A stretch of 57,843 nt of DNA from an uncultured Fibrobacteraceae bacterium (GTDB lineage Bacteria > Krumholzibacteriota > Krumholzibacteriia > LZORAL124-64-63): assembly GCA_964414055.1 (NCBI GenBank), contig CAYPVD010000002.1, positions 1 to 57,843 on the forward strand, read 5' to 3'. Under the pieces are notes generated by a model. That model was given only the letters and a program-made list of their open reading frames with translations, was not told where the DNA came from and searched no databases. Shown piece after piece: positions 17,780 through 26,878 of the stretch (the first letter of the stretch is position 1; each line of letters begins with the position of its first letter). A program made the position numbers and the translations under genes.

Positions 17780-18481
17780 GTGTTCACCGGGTTGATTCGA
17801 GAAATCGGGATCCTGCGCGCGACCACGGCGCGCGGCGGCGTGGTGCGCCTGGATATCACCGCACCGGTGACCGCGGAGGACCTGGGAGTCGGCGACAGCG
17901 TGGCGGTCAACGGGATCTGTCTGACGGCCATCGCGGTCGGTGACCGGGGATTTTCCGCCGAGGCCGCCACCGAGACCAGGCGGTTGACGACCCTGGACTC
18001 GTGGCGCACCGGCCGGCGCCTGCACCTTGAACGAGCCCTGCGCGTGGGTGATCCCCTGGACGGGCACATGGTCCAGGGGCACATCGACGGGCTGGGTACG
18101 GTGAGGTCGTTGCGTCGGGCCGCAGGCGGCTGGATGCTGACGGTGTCATACCCCAGGGATCTGGGCCGTTTCCTGGTGCCCAAGGGTGCGGTCGCCGTGG
18201 ACGGGGTCTCGCTGACGGTGGACCGGGGCCCGTTCAACGGGGTATTCACCGTCAACCTCATTCCCCACACCATGGAGAAGACGACCTTCGCGAAACTGGG
18301 TCCCGGCGACAAGGTCAACCTGGAGATGGACGTGCTGGTCAAGGCCGCCGTGCAGCGCGGCGACAGCGCCGCGGCAGGCGTCGGACCGGTACCAGCGGCC
18401 CCCGCAACAGGTGGGGGCCTGACAATGGACAAGATCCGGGCCTCCGGGTTCGGACGTTCCATGGACAAGGGGTCATCATGA
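17780..18481 (+). CDS. ribE: riboflavin synthase
   Basis: GTG 17780 gives the canonical [10 protein letters not shown] start, with GGAGG at 17768-17772. Motifs [31 protein letters not shown]. Confidence 0.9.
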   Translation: MFTGLIREIGILRATTARGGVVRLDITAPVTAEDLGVGDSVAVNGICLTAIAVGDRGFSAEAATETRRLTTLDSWRTGRRLHLERALRVGDPLDGHMVQGHIDGLGTVRSLRRAAGGWMLTVSYPRDLGRFLVPKGAVAVDGVSLTVDRGPFNGVFTVNLIPHTMEKTTFAKLGPGDKVNLEMDVLVKAAVQRGDSAAAGVGPVPAAPATGGGLTMDKIRASGFGRSMDKGSS

Positions 18482-19704
18482 GTGGCGAACAAGACACCGC
18501 CTTTTCCTGCGACACCATCGAAGATGCCCTGGCCGCCCTGCAGAGGGGGGAGATCGTCATCGTGGTGGACGATGAGGACCGCGAGAACGAGGGTGATTTC
18601 ATCATCCCCGCCCAGATGGTCACTCCCGAGGCGGTGAACTTCATCGCCAGGCACGGACGGGGGCTGATCTGCCTCGCGGCCCGCGGAGAACGGCTGCGAG
18701 AGCTCGACATCCACCCCATGGTCACCCGCAACACCGCCGCCCTGGGTACGAATTTCACGGTGAGCATCGACGCGGCCACCGGGATCACCACCGGCATCAG
18801 CGCCACCGACCGGGCCCGCACCGTCCAGGTCTTCATCGATCCTCGGACAAGGCCGGACGATCTGGCCCGGCCCGGACACATCTTTCCCCTCGAGGCCCAG
18901 CCCGGCGGCGTGCTGCAGCGGGCCGGCCACACCGAGGCGGTCGTGGACCTGTGCCAGGCTGCGGGCCTGTATCCGGCGGGACTGCTGTGCGAGATCATGG
19001 ACGAGGACGGGGAGATGGCGCGCATGCCCCGGCTGCGGGAGATCGCGCGGGAGCACGGACTGAAACTGGTGACCATCGCCGACCTGATCGCCTGGCGTCG
19101 CCGGAACGAGCAGCAGGTCGTCCGGGAAGCGGAGGTTCCCCTCCCCACGGACTGGGGCGAATTCCAGATGGTGGCCTATTCCACCCGCGTGGACAACGCC
19201 ATCCATATCGCCCTGGTCATGGGCGAGATCAGGTCCGAGGATTCCATCCTGGTGCGTGTGCACAGCGAATGCATGACCGGCGACCTCTTCCACAGCCTGC
19301 GTTGCGACTGCGGGCAGCAGATGGACGCCGCGCTCAGATGCATCGCCGCCGAGGGAACGGGCGTGTTCCTGTACATGAGGCAGGAGGGCCGCGGCATCGG
19401 GCTGGTGAACAAGATGAAGGCCTACCGGTTGCAGGACCAGGGGGCCGACACCGTGGAGGCCAACGAGAAGCTCGGCTTCCCCGCGGACCTGCGCGACTAC
19501 GGCATCGGGGCCCAGATCCTGCGCGACCTGGGCGTGCGCCGCATGCGCCTGATCACCAACAACCCCCGCAAGATCGTGGGCCTGAAGAGCTACGGGCTGG
19601 AGGTGGTCGACCGGGTGCCGGTGGAGATCGCCCCCAACCCGCGCAACGAGCGCTACCTGAAGACGAAGAAGGCCCGCATGGGCCACATACTCGACCACCT
19701 GTAA
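18478..19704 (+). CDS. ribBA: bifunctional 3,4-dihydroxy-2-butanone-4-phosphate synthase / GTP cyclohydrolase II
   Basis: ATGA overlap with ribE. Motifs [46 protein letters not shown]. Confidence 0.95.
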   Translation: MSGEQDTAFSCDTIEDALAALQRGEIVIVVDDEDRENEGDFIIPAQMVTPEAVNFIARHGRGLICLAARGERLRELDIHPMVTRNTAALGTNFTVSIDAATGITTGISATDRARTVQVFIDPRTRPDDLARPGHIFPLEAQPGGVLQRAGHTEAVVDLCQAAGLYPAGLLCEIMDEDGEMARMPRLREIAREHGLKLVTIADLIAWRRRNEQQVVREAEVPLPTDWGEFQMVAYSTRVDNAIHIALVMGEIRSEDSILVRVHSECMTGDLFHSLRCDCGQQMDAALRCIAAEGTGVFLYMRQEGRGIGLVNKMKAYRLQDQGADTVEANEKLGFPADLRDYGIGAQILRDLGVRRMRLITNNPRKIVGLKSYGLEVVDRVPVEIAPNPRNERYLKTKKARMGHILDHL

Positions 19705-19715
19705 AGGAGTGTGAC

Positions 19716-20189
19716 ATGGGCATGAAATTCGAGGGCAAGTTCGATGCGCACGGCAAGAAGATCGCCGTGGTCGGGAGCCGATTCAACGACTTCTTCACCA
19801 GGGAGCTCATGGACGGGGCGCTGGACTGCCTGCACCGCCACGGCGTCGACGACGAGCAGATCGACACGGCCTGGGTACCGGGCGGTTTCGAGATCCCCAT
19901 GGCCGCCAAGCGTCTGGTGCAGACCGGCCGCTACGCGGCGGTCGTCTGCGTGGGCTGCATCATCCAGGGGGACACGCCCCATTTCCACTACATCTCCAGC
20001 GAGGTGACCAAGGGCATCGCCCAGGTGGCGCTGAACTCCGACATCCCGGTGGTTTTCGGCATTGTCACCGCCGAGACCATCGAACAGGCCATCGAGCGCA
20101 GCGGTACCAAGGCCGGCAACAAGGGCTTCGACGCCGCCATGACCGCGCTGGAGATGATCGACCTGTGCGCCGTGATCGACGAGGGTTAG
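19716..20189 (+). CDS. ribH: 6,7-dimethyl-8-ribityllumazine synthase
   Basis: Track ORF 18951..20189 trimmed to ATG 19716, preceded by AAGGAG. Motifs IAVVGSRFNDFFT, WVPGGFEIP, VVCVGCIIQGDTPHFHYIS, FGIVT. Confidence 0.92.
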   Translation: MGMKFEGKFDAHGKKIAVVGSRFNDFFTRELMDGALDCLHRHGVDDEQIDTAWVPGGFEIPMAAKRLVQTGRYAAVVCVGCIIQGDTPHFHYISSEVTKGIAQVALNSDIPVVFGIVTAETIEQAIERSGTKAGNKGFDAAMTALEMIDLCAVIDEG

Positions 20190-20202
20190 AGAATGCGCAT
20201 GA

Positions 20203-20400
20203 ATGAATGGCCGCGCCCGCAACCCGGGCCGTACGATGCGGAACACACGCGATACCTGGAGCTTCACCGCGGACATGAGGGCGCGGCGCGGTGTGTGCGA
20301 CGGTATCGAGGTGATCGCCGGGGCCCTGCCCTGGCTGGTGGCCGGCCACGAGAGACACCATCTGGATGTTCTGCGCGACAGGTACGGACTGGGGGAGTGA
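20203..20400 (+). CDS. possible small ORF or gene remnant (65 aa) in the ribH-nusB spacer
   Basis: This is the only frame in the spacer with high third-position G+C, counted by hand over the 65 codons. The tail ALPWLVAGHERHHLDVLRDRYG faintly resembles the C-terminal His-rich helix of DinB-fold proteins. No SD sequence seen. Weak call. Confidence 0.25.
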   Translation: MNGRARNPGRTMRNTRDTWSFTADMRARRGVCDGIEVIAGALPWLVAGHERHHLDVLRDRYGLGE

Positions 20401-20457
20401 AGGCCGGTTCTGCCGGTCGTCGTTGCAATCACGCCCCCGGTGGGTTAAAATTGATGC

Positions 20458-20484
20458 GGGAAGGCGCAGCCTTCCCTTCTGCTT
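20458..20484 (+). terminator. candidate terminator hairpin downstream of the rib operon
   Basis: GGGAAGG-CGCAG-CCTTCCC followed by TTCTGCTT. Read directly. The U-tract is imperfect. Confidence 0.4.
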
Positions 20485-20561
20485 GGCAGGGGACCGGCAG
20501 CCGGTCGTTTCGGCTGTGCGGTGCGGTTCCGGTGGTTGCTCTTTGACAGGGGTGAAGATTC

Positions 20562-21017
20562 TTGGGTAAGCGCAGAAAGGGACGCGAGATCGTTCTGCAA
20601 TCCATGTACGCTTCCATGATCAGCGGCGCGCCGCTGCTGGAAGTCCTGGACGATCAGATCCAACGTCGGGAGTCGGCGCCCGAGACGGCGGCGTTCGCGC
20701 GCCAGCTGGCGGGTAAGGTCAAGGCGCATAGCGCCGATATCGACCGCTGGCTCAAGACCCTGGTCACCAGCAACTGGGATCCGGACCGGCTGGGCTCCCT
20801 GGAAATCGTCATCCTGTCCCTGGGCCTGGCGGAACTGCGCTACAGTCCGGACGTACCTCCGGCCGTGGTCATCAACGAGGCTCTCGAATTGACTCATCGC
20901 TACTGCGAGGACGGCGCCGTGGGCTTCGTGAACGGGGTGCTGGACAAGGCCGCTTCAGAGATCACGGACCGGGACGGGACCGCCCCCTCCGGCAACGCAA
21001 CCGAGGATCAAGCGTGA
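20562..21017 (+). CDS. nusB: transcription antitermination factor NusB
   Basis: TTG start directly after an in-frame stop. N-terminus GKRRKGREIVLQSMYA and the later AELRYSPDVPPAVVINEALELTHRY are NusB-like. Confidence 0.85.
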   Translation: MGKRRKGREIVLQSMYASMISGAPLLEVLDDQIQRRESAPETAAFARQLAGKVKAHSADIDRWLKTLVTSNWDPDRLGSLEIVILSLGLAELRYSPDVPPAVVINEALELTHRYCEDGAVGFVNGVLDKAASEITDRDGTAPSGNATEDQA

Positions 21018-21826
21018 GATCATCCACCCCCGATCACTGGCAGCGCTTCTGGGATCAGGCCGAGGCCATCGACCTGGATGAGGTCTACGACAACGACGGC
21101 AGGCTCGTCCGCGAGATCACACGGCTGTACGACCTGGAGTCCATGGGGGATCTGAGCGGCGTCCGCATCCTGGAGGTGGGAGCCGGCAGCGGGCGCGACG
21201 CCGTGGCCCTGGCCCGGGCCGGGGCGGAGGTCGTCACCATCGACTACGTACGCGGCTCCCTGGATCTGACGGCCAGAGAGGCCGCTGCAGCCGACGTGAC
21301 CGTCTTTCCCGTCTGCGGCGACGGCCTGGGCTCCTCTTTTCCCGACGGGACCTTCGACGTGGTCTTCCACCAGGGGCTGCTGGAACATTTCCGCGATCCG
21401 CTGCCCCTGTTGCAGGACAACATCCGCATCCTCAAGCCGGGCGGTTTCCTGGTGGTGGACGTGCCCCAGACCTTCCACTACTACACCCTGGGCAAGCAGG
21501 TCCTCATCGCCCTGAACCGCTGGTTCGCCGGCTGGGAGACCCAGTTCACCGTCGGCCAGCTGGAACGGATCATGGCGGGCCAGGGTTTGGAACTGGTGCG
21601 CAGCTACGGCGACTGGATGGTGCCGGGGCTCTGGTACCGCGCCCTGCGCAAGGTGCTTGTGACCAGGTTGGGCTGGAAACTGCCCATGCATCCGGAGCCC
21701 ATCGGGCCGCTGGCCCGGCTGGGCGAGAAGTGGCGCGACTGGTTCGGCGGCAAGCGATTGTCCCTTTACACCACGCCGACCATCGGGGTCATCGGTCGCA
21801 AGCCCCGGCCGGGGTCCGGCCGTTGA
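21014..21826 (+). CDS. class I SAM-dependent methyltransferase
   Basis: GTGA overlap with nusB. Motif I ILEVGAGSGRDAVALARAG, then VVTIDY, and DVVFHQGLLEHFRDP. Confidence 0.8.
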   Translation: MRSSTPDHWQRFWDQAEAIDLDEVYDNDGRLVREITRLYDLESMGDLSGVRILEVGAGSGRDAVALARAGAEVVTIDYVRGSLDLTAREAAAADVTVFPVCGDGLGSSFPDGTFDVVFHQGLLEHFRDPLPLLQDNIRILKPGGFLVVDVPQTFHYYTLGKQVLIALNRWFAGWETQFTVGQLERIMAGQGLELVRSYGDWMVPGLWYRALRKVLVTRLGWKLPMHPEPIGPLARLGEKWRDWFGGKRLSLYTTPTIGVIGRKPRPGSGR

Positions 21827-21863
21827 TCTCCAGCGCGGAGGACGTTCCCTGAAACTGCTCGCG

Positions 21864-22976
21864 GTGAACTGGCGGGATATCGAGGACCCCCTGGGGGGCG
21901 GGGCCGAACTGCACCTGCACCACATCCTCAAGGGGGCTGCGGCGGCGGGTTGGGAAGTCGATCTGGTCTGCAGCGGCTATGAGGGTGCGCCGCGCACCGG
22001 GGTCATCGACGGTGTGAACATCCACCGCCGCGGCCACTGGGCCGTGGCCAATTTCGTGCTGCCGCCGGTGGTCCGTAGCATGCTGCGCCGCAGCCGCTAC
22101 GACCTGCTGGTCGAGGACATCAACAAGATCCCCTTCTACACGCCCCTGTACCGCGACGGTGTTCCGCTGGTCGCCGTCGTGCCGCACCTGTTCGGGCGGA
22201 CAGTCTACCGGGAAACCAACCCGGTGACGGCCAGCTATGTGTACGCGGCCGAAAGTCTCATCCGGCATCTGTACCGCGATGTGGATTTCGAGGTCATCAG
22301 CCCCTCGACCCGGGACGACCTCATCGCCCGGGGGCTGGATCCCGAACGCATCCGGACCATCTACTGCGGCATGGATCACGCCCGTTTCACCCTTGATGAT
22401 CCGCCGCCCAGGGAAGATGAGGCGCCCCTGGTGGTCACCTGGAGCCGCCTGCTCCGCTACAAGAGCATCGATGTGGCCCTGCGGGCTTTCGATGTCATCC
22501 ACCGGGAGCTGCCCCGGGCCCGCATGCTGGTCATGGGACGGGGGCCGGACGAAGCCCGTCTGCGCCGCCTGTGCACGAGACTCGGCCTGGACGAGGTGGT
22601 GGAGTTCAGGGGGTTCCAGCCCTGGGACGAACTGGTCAGGACCCTGCACCGCTGTCACGTGTTCCTGAATCCCAGCCCCAAGGAAGGATGGGGGCTGACC
22701 GTGATCGAGGCCAACCAGTGCGGGTTGCCGGTCGTCGCCAGCGATCGCCCTGGCCTGAAGGATTCTGTGCGCGACGGGGAGACCGGACTGCTGGTCCCCT
22801 ACGGCGACCACCGGGCCATGGCCGCGGCCGCCCTGGGTCTGCTGAGGGACCGGGAAACCTGGTCCAGGTTCAGTGAAGCAGCCAGGCGCTGGGCGGCCGG
22901 CTTCAGCTGGCAGCGCTGTGTTGACGAGTCGCTGGCCTATTTCCAGGAGGTCGCCGGCCGGGGTGACGCTTCATGA
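21864..22976 (+). CDS. glycosyltransferase family 4 (GT-B)
   Basis: 370-aa ORF with C-terminal EGWGLTVIEANQCGLPVVASDRPGLKDSVRDGETGLLVP. The true start may be slightly upstream, since LKLLAVNWRD reads through in frame. Confidence 0.8.
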   Translation: MNWRDIEDPLGGGAELHLHHILKGAAAAGWEVDLVCSGYEGAPRTGVIDGVNIHRRGHWAVANFVLPPVVRSMLRRSRYDLLVEDINKIPFYTPLYRDGVPLVAVVPHLFGRTVYRETNPVTASYVYAAESLIRHLYRDVDFEVISPSTRDDLIARGLDPERIRTIYCGMDHARFTLDDPPPREDEAPLVVTWSRLLRYKSIDVALRAFDVIHRELPRARMLVMGRGPDEARLRRLCTRLGLDEVVEFRGFQPWDELVRTLHRCHVFLNPSPKEGWGLTVIEANQCGLPVVASDRPGLKDSVRDGETGLLVPYGDHRAMAAAALGLLRDRETWSRFSEAARRWAAGFSWQRCVDESLAYFQEVAGRGDAS

Positions 22977-24007
22977 CGGGGGAGCGTTCGGCACCCCGGG
23001 GCTCGTCCCTGCGCCCGTTGCTGGTGTTCGCCGGCAAGCTCCTGATCAGTTCGGTGCTGATCTGGTTCGTCCTGTCGCGCCTGTCGTTGACCGAGATCAC
23101 CGCCGCCATGACCCATCCCCGCTGGGGATTGCTGGTGGCCGCCTTCGCGGTCTACGGGATCTCGGCGCTGGGCGGGGCCCTGCAGTGGGCCTGGATCCTG
23201 CGTGCCGGCGGCATCCGGGTCTCGCGGCGACGCATCCTGCGCGTCTATTTCATCGGCCTGTTCTTCAACAACTTCCTGCCTGCGAACATCGGGGGCGACG
23301 CCTGGAAGATCGTCGACCTGGGCGGTCAGGAAGGACGGCGGCTGGGGGTGTTCTGCGCGACCCTGCTGGACCGGCTCATCGGGCTGGGAGCGCTGTCGCT
23401 GGCGGCGGTGCTCGTGCTGCTGGGCACGGCCCTGGGGGGCGTGCCGTTGCCCGGGGTCACCCTGGTGATGATCCCCGTCCTGCTGATCCTGATGCTGGTG
23501 CTGGTGGTGCTGCTTTCCCGCCGTCTGGGCGGGTGGGGTGTGTCCCTGCTGACCCGTGTCGGGTTGGGGCGGCTGGCGGCCCCCCTGGAGCGTGTGACGG
23601 GGGAACTCGGTCTCTACCGGCCCCAGGTCGGTCTGTTGCAGCGCGTATTCCTGTTCAGCATGGGGGTCCAATCCCTGCGCATGGCCACCCATATCCTGGT
23701 GGCTCTGGGGCTTGGATACGTGCTGGACGGATCCCAGATCCTGCAACTGCTGGTGCTGGTCCCGGTGCTGGCGGTGAGTCTGACCCTGCCGGTGACCATC
23801 AACGGCATCGGCCTGCGGGAATCCGTCTCGGCGAGTCTGCTGACCTGGTCGGGCCTGGCGGGACCCCAGGCGGTGGCCATGGAAGTGGCCGCCTACCTGG
23901 TGCAGGTCTTCTTCAGCCTCAGCGGCGGGATCCTGCTGCTGACCCGCCGGGGAGGGACCGGAACTTCCGGGGCTGCCGACGGTTCCGAATCGGTCGATGT
24001 TTTGTGA
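22973..24007 (+). CDS. UPF0104 / lysylphosphatidylglycerol-synthase-TM-like flippase-like membrane protein
   Basis: ATGA overlap. Polytopic: LLISSVLIWFVLSRL, then RVYFIGLFFNNFLPANIGGDAWK, typical of this family. Confidence 0.65.
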   Translation: MTGERSAPRGSSLRPLLVFAGKLLISSVLIWFVLSRLSLTEITAAMTHPRWGLLVAAFAVYGISALGGALQWAWILRAGGIRVSRRRILRVYFIGLFFNNFLPANIGGDAWKIVDLGGQEGRRLGVFCATLLDRLIGLGALSLAAVLVLLGTALGGVPLPGVTLVMIPVLLILMLVLVVLLSRRLGGWGVSLLTRVGLGRLAAPLERVTGELGLYRPQVGLLQRVFLFSMGVQSLRMATHILVALGLGYVLDGSQILQLLVLVPVLAVSLTLPVTINGIGLRESVSASLLTWSGLAGPQAVAMEVAAYLVQVFFSLSGGILLLTRRGGTGTSGAADGSESVDVL

Positions 24008-24118
24008 CGGTCCGGTTGGCTGGTTGTTGCCGGTGCGGCCGTGTGTTAGGTTCTGCGGGCCCGTTTTCGCGTGGTCGCCGCGCGTCATGGTGGATTCCAG
24101 CTGTGCGAAGGTGATGTC

Positions 24119-26878
24119 TTGACGAAATCCGTATTATCCCGTCCCCAGTTCCTGGTCGCCGTCGCTGTTTTCCTGGTGGCCCTGGGTGTCTACTCCTCCA
24201 CCATGGGACCCACGATCAACTTCTGGGATTGTGGTGAATTCGTGACCACAAGCCACATCGTGGGCATTCCCCATCAGCCGGGAACCCCCCTGTACGTCCT
24301 GGTGGGGCGGGTCTTCGATATCCTGTTGGGACAGGCCGACATCACCCGCCCCAGCTACGAGACGGCCCGCGCCCTGAACTTCATGTCGGCATTCTTCAGC
24401 GCCCTGGCCGTGGCCTTCATCTACCTGCTGATCTGGGAACTGGCCCGGAGGTCAGACCCCGACGCCGGCTGGCTGGCCCATGCGGGCGGTATCGTCGGCG
24501 CCTTCTTCCTGGCGTTTTCCGAGACCTTCTGGAACAATGCCATCGAGGCCGAGGTCTACGGGCTGGCGGGATTCATGATGGCCCTGCTCTCCTGGCTGGC
24601 CGTACGCTGGTATGACACCCGTCAGCAGTGGCGCAGCAACAACCTGCTGCTGCTGATCATCTACCTGCTGGGATTGGGGGTGGGGTTCCACCTGGGGACC
24701 CTGCTGGCCTATCCGGGGATATTCCTGCTCGTCCTGCTGGCCAGGCCCAATCGCCTGCCCATCTACGATCTGTTGTTGATGAGTGCCGGGCTGGCCATCT
24801 TCCTGCTCTCGACCGCCAGCGGCAACAACGCCCTCATCATGTTGTTGCTGGGGATCTATGTCCTGCTGGTCATTTTCCGGAGTGTCCAGGGGAGGCATTT
24901 CGTCCTGCTGGGCAGCACCCTGTTCTTCGTGGGGCTGACCGTCCACGCGATGATGATGATCCGCGCCGGGGCCAACCCCGAGCCCATCATCAACCAGACG
25001 GACCCGGACAATTTCCACACCCTGCTGAAGGTCATCCGCCGCGAGCAGTATCCGCCCATGAATCCCCTGGTGCGCAGGGCGCCCCTGGGGTGGCAGTTCG
25101 GCTATTTCTACCACTACCTGCTGGAGCAGTTCTATTTCCTGGGCCCGGGCAAGGGCGCCCTCACGGTGCTGACCACGGTCCTGGGGCCCATCTTCCTGGC
25201 CCTGGTCGGGCTGTTCCAGGGGCTGCGCAGGGTGCGGCTGCTGATCCTGGTGCCCTTGACGGCCTACCTGATCAACGGCGAGATCCTGACCCTGTACCTG
25301 AACTTCACCGACCACGAGGTTCGCGACCGGGACTACTTCTACTTCGCGGCCTTCATGTTCTTCGCGGTGTTCATCGGTCTGGGGGCGAGTTCCCTGTTGC
25401 GCTTCCTGGCCGGTGACGAGGGCGAATCCGCCGCCCAGATCGAGGCCTCGGGCGGCAACTGGATGACCGACATCAAGGCCGTCGCCCCGGGTTCGGGCGT
25501 CAAGGCGGCGGCATTCCTGCTCGTGCTGCTGGCCCTGTTGCCCCTGGCTCCGGGACAGACGAAGTATTTCCAGCACGACCGTTCCCAGAACCGCATCGCC
25601 TACGAGTACGCCTGGAACATCATGGCGGGGCTGGATGAGAACGCCATCGTCTTCACCAACGGCGACAACGACACTTTCCCCATCTGGTACCTGCAGATCG
25701 TGGAGAAATTCAGGACAGACGTCTCGGTGGTGAACCTGTCCCTGGTCAATCTCCCGTGGTACATCAAGCAGAACAAGCATGCGGAAAACGGCGTGGACAT
25801 GAAGCGTTCGGACGCGGAGATCGACGCCCTGCAGCCCCGTCTCTTCGCCGACCCCAAGACGGGGAAACGGACCCTGGTCATGGTCAAGGACTACGTCCTG
25901 CACGACATCATCACCACCAACCGGGCCGGCAAGAACAGGCCGGTGTTCTTCGCGGTGACCATTCCCCGGGAAAACATGGAACGGTACTACAACAACCTGC
26001 GCATGGAGGGCATGGCCTACCGCCTGGTGGATACCAAGGGGCCCGACGGTTTGCCCACCACCGATCCCCAGCGGGTGCTGGAGAACATCCTGGGCGTGTA
26101 TCGGATGGGTTCGCTCATGACCGGCGACACTCCTGAAAGGCAACAGGCCTTTGCCCGGATGACCGGTCTGCCCGTTACCGAGCAGGGCGAGATCGTTCTC
26201 GGACAGCGCGGACGGGATCTGAACGCCGGCCGGCTGAACACGCTGAACCATATGCTGGGCAAGGTCCGCACGGACATCTTCCGCAACAAGAACGCCGTGC
26301 ACCTGCTGGGCAACTACCCGGCCGCGTTGAACCGGGCGGGTTACGAGTTCTACCTGATGGCCGACAAGGTGGCCGAGACCGACAGCGCGGCCTACCGCGA
26401 GAACCTGGCCAAGTCCATCATCGCCTTCGAGGCCAGTCTGGCCATCGAACCTTTCAACGACCAGGCCCTGGATTTCTATCCCCTGCTGCTGGTCCAGGAT
26501 TATCGCGACGACGATGCCAAGGCCTTCCTGAGTTCCCTGTCGGGCAATGTCCCGCCCGAGATGGAGGAGAAGGTCGTCTACACCGCGCTGCGCGGCATGC
26601 TGGGCGGAGGCGCCAGCGATCTGGCGTTGGGGTGGATCCAGGAGCAGATCCAGGCGCATCCGGACCGCAAGTTCTACTATCAGGTCCAGTTCACCATCTA
26701 CCAGGCCATGGGGCAGCGCGACATGGCGCGGGGGGTCATGGAGAACTGGGAACGCCAGAGCGGCGAACGGGATCCGGACATGGTCCAGGCCCTGAAGGAT
26801 ATGCAGCAGGAGGCCCTGCAGCGCGAGCAGCAGCGCATCGAGGATGCGGCGGGACAGCACAACCGAGAGCGGAACTGA
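24119..26878 (+). CDS. DUF2723 / TMEM260-like GT-C fold glycosyltransferase with C-terminal TPR-like region
   Basis: TTG 24119 (GAAGGTG upstream) or GTG 24071. Motifs NFWDCGEFVTTSHIVGIPHQPGTPLY, many TM helices, the periplasmic block TNGDNDTFPIWYLQIVEKFRTDVSVVNLSL, and a helical repeat tail. Confidence 0.7.
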   Translation: MTKSVLSRPQFLVAVAVFLVALGVYSSTMGPTINFWDCGEFVTTSHIVGIPHQPGTPLYVLVGRVFDILLGQADITRPSYETARALNFMSAFFSALAVAFIYLLIWELARRSDPDAGWLAHAGGIVGAFFLAFSETFWNNAIEAEVYGLAGFMMALLSWLAVRWYDTRQQWRSNNLLLLIIYLLGLGVGFHLGTLLAYPGIFLLVLLARPNRLPIYDLLLMSAGLAIFLLSTASGNNALIMLLLGIYVLLVIFRSVQGRHFVLLGSTLFFVGLTVHAMMMIRAGANPEPIINQTDPDNFHTLLKVIRREQYPPMNPLVRRAPLGWQFGYFYHYLLEQFYFLGPGKGALTVLTTVLGPIFLALVGLFQGLRRVRLLILVPLTAYLINGEILTLYLNFTDHEVRDRDYFYFAAFMFFAVFIGLGASSLLRFLAGDEGESAAQIEASGGNWMTDIKAVAPGSGVKAAAFLLVLLALLPLAPGQTKYFQHDRSQNRIAYEYAWNIMAGLDENAIVFTNGDNDTFPIWYLQIVEKFRTDVSVVNLSLVNLPWYIKQNKHAENGVDMKRSDAEIDALQPRLFADPKTGKRTLVMVKDYVLHDIITTNRAGKNRPVFFAVTIPRENMERYYNNLRMEGMAYRLVDTKGPDGLPTTDPQRVLENILGVYRMGSLMTGDTPERQQAFARMTGLPVTEQGEIVLGQRGRDLNAGRLNTLNHMLGKVRTDIFRNKNAVHLLGNYPAALNRAGYEFYLMADKVAETDSAAYRENLAKSIIAFEASLAIEPFNDQALDFYPLLLVQDYRDDDAKAFLSSLSGNVPPEMEEKVVYTALRGMLGGGASDLALGWIQEQIQAHPDRKFYYQVQFTIYQAMGQRDMARGVMENWERQSGERDPDMVQALKDMQQEALQREQQRIEDAAGQHNRERN

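Noticed and set aside
20398-20448. Possible selenocysteine read-through of the TGA ending the 65-aa ORF, given selA in the window and a hairpin (GGCCGG-TTCTG-CCGGTC) 2 nt after the TGA
   Set aside because: The hairpin is only 6 bp and too close to the UGA for a bacterial SECIS. Read-through adds just 15 residues with no Cys/Sec-type redox motif. The ORF itself is doubtful.
20543-20548. Consensus TTGACA hexamer as the nusB promoter
   Set aside because: It lies only 14 nt upstream of the nusB TTG start, whose N-terminus matches NusB. That leaves no room for a -10 element and leader.
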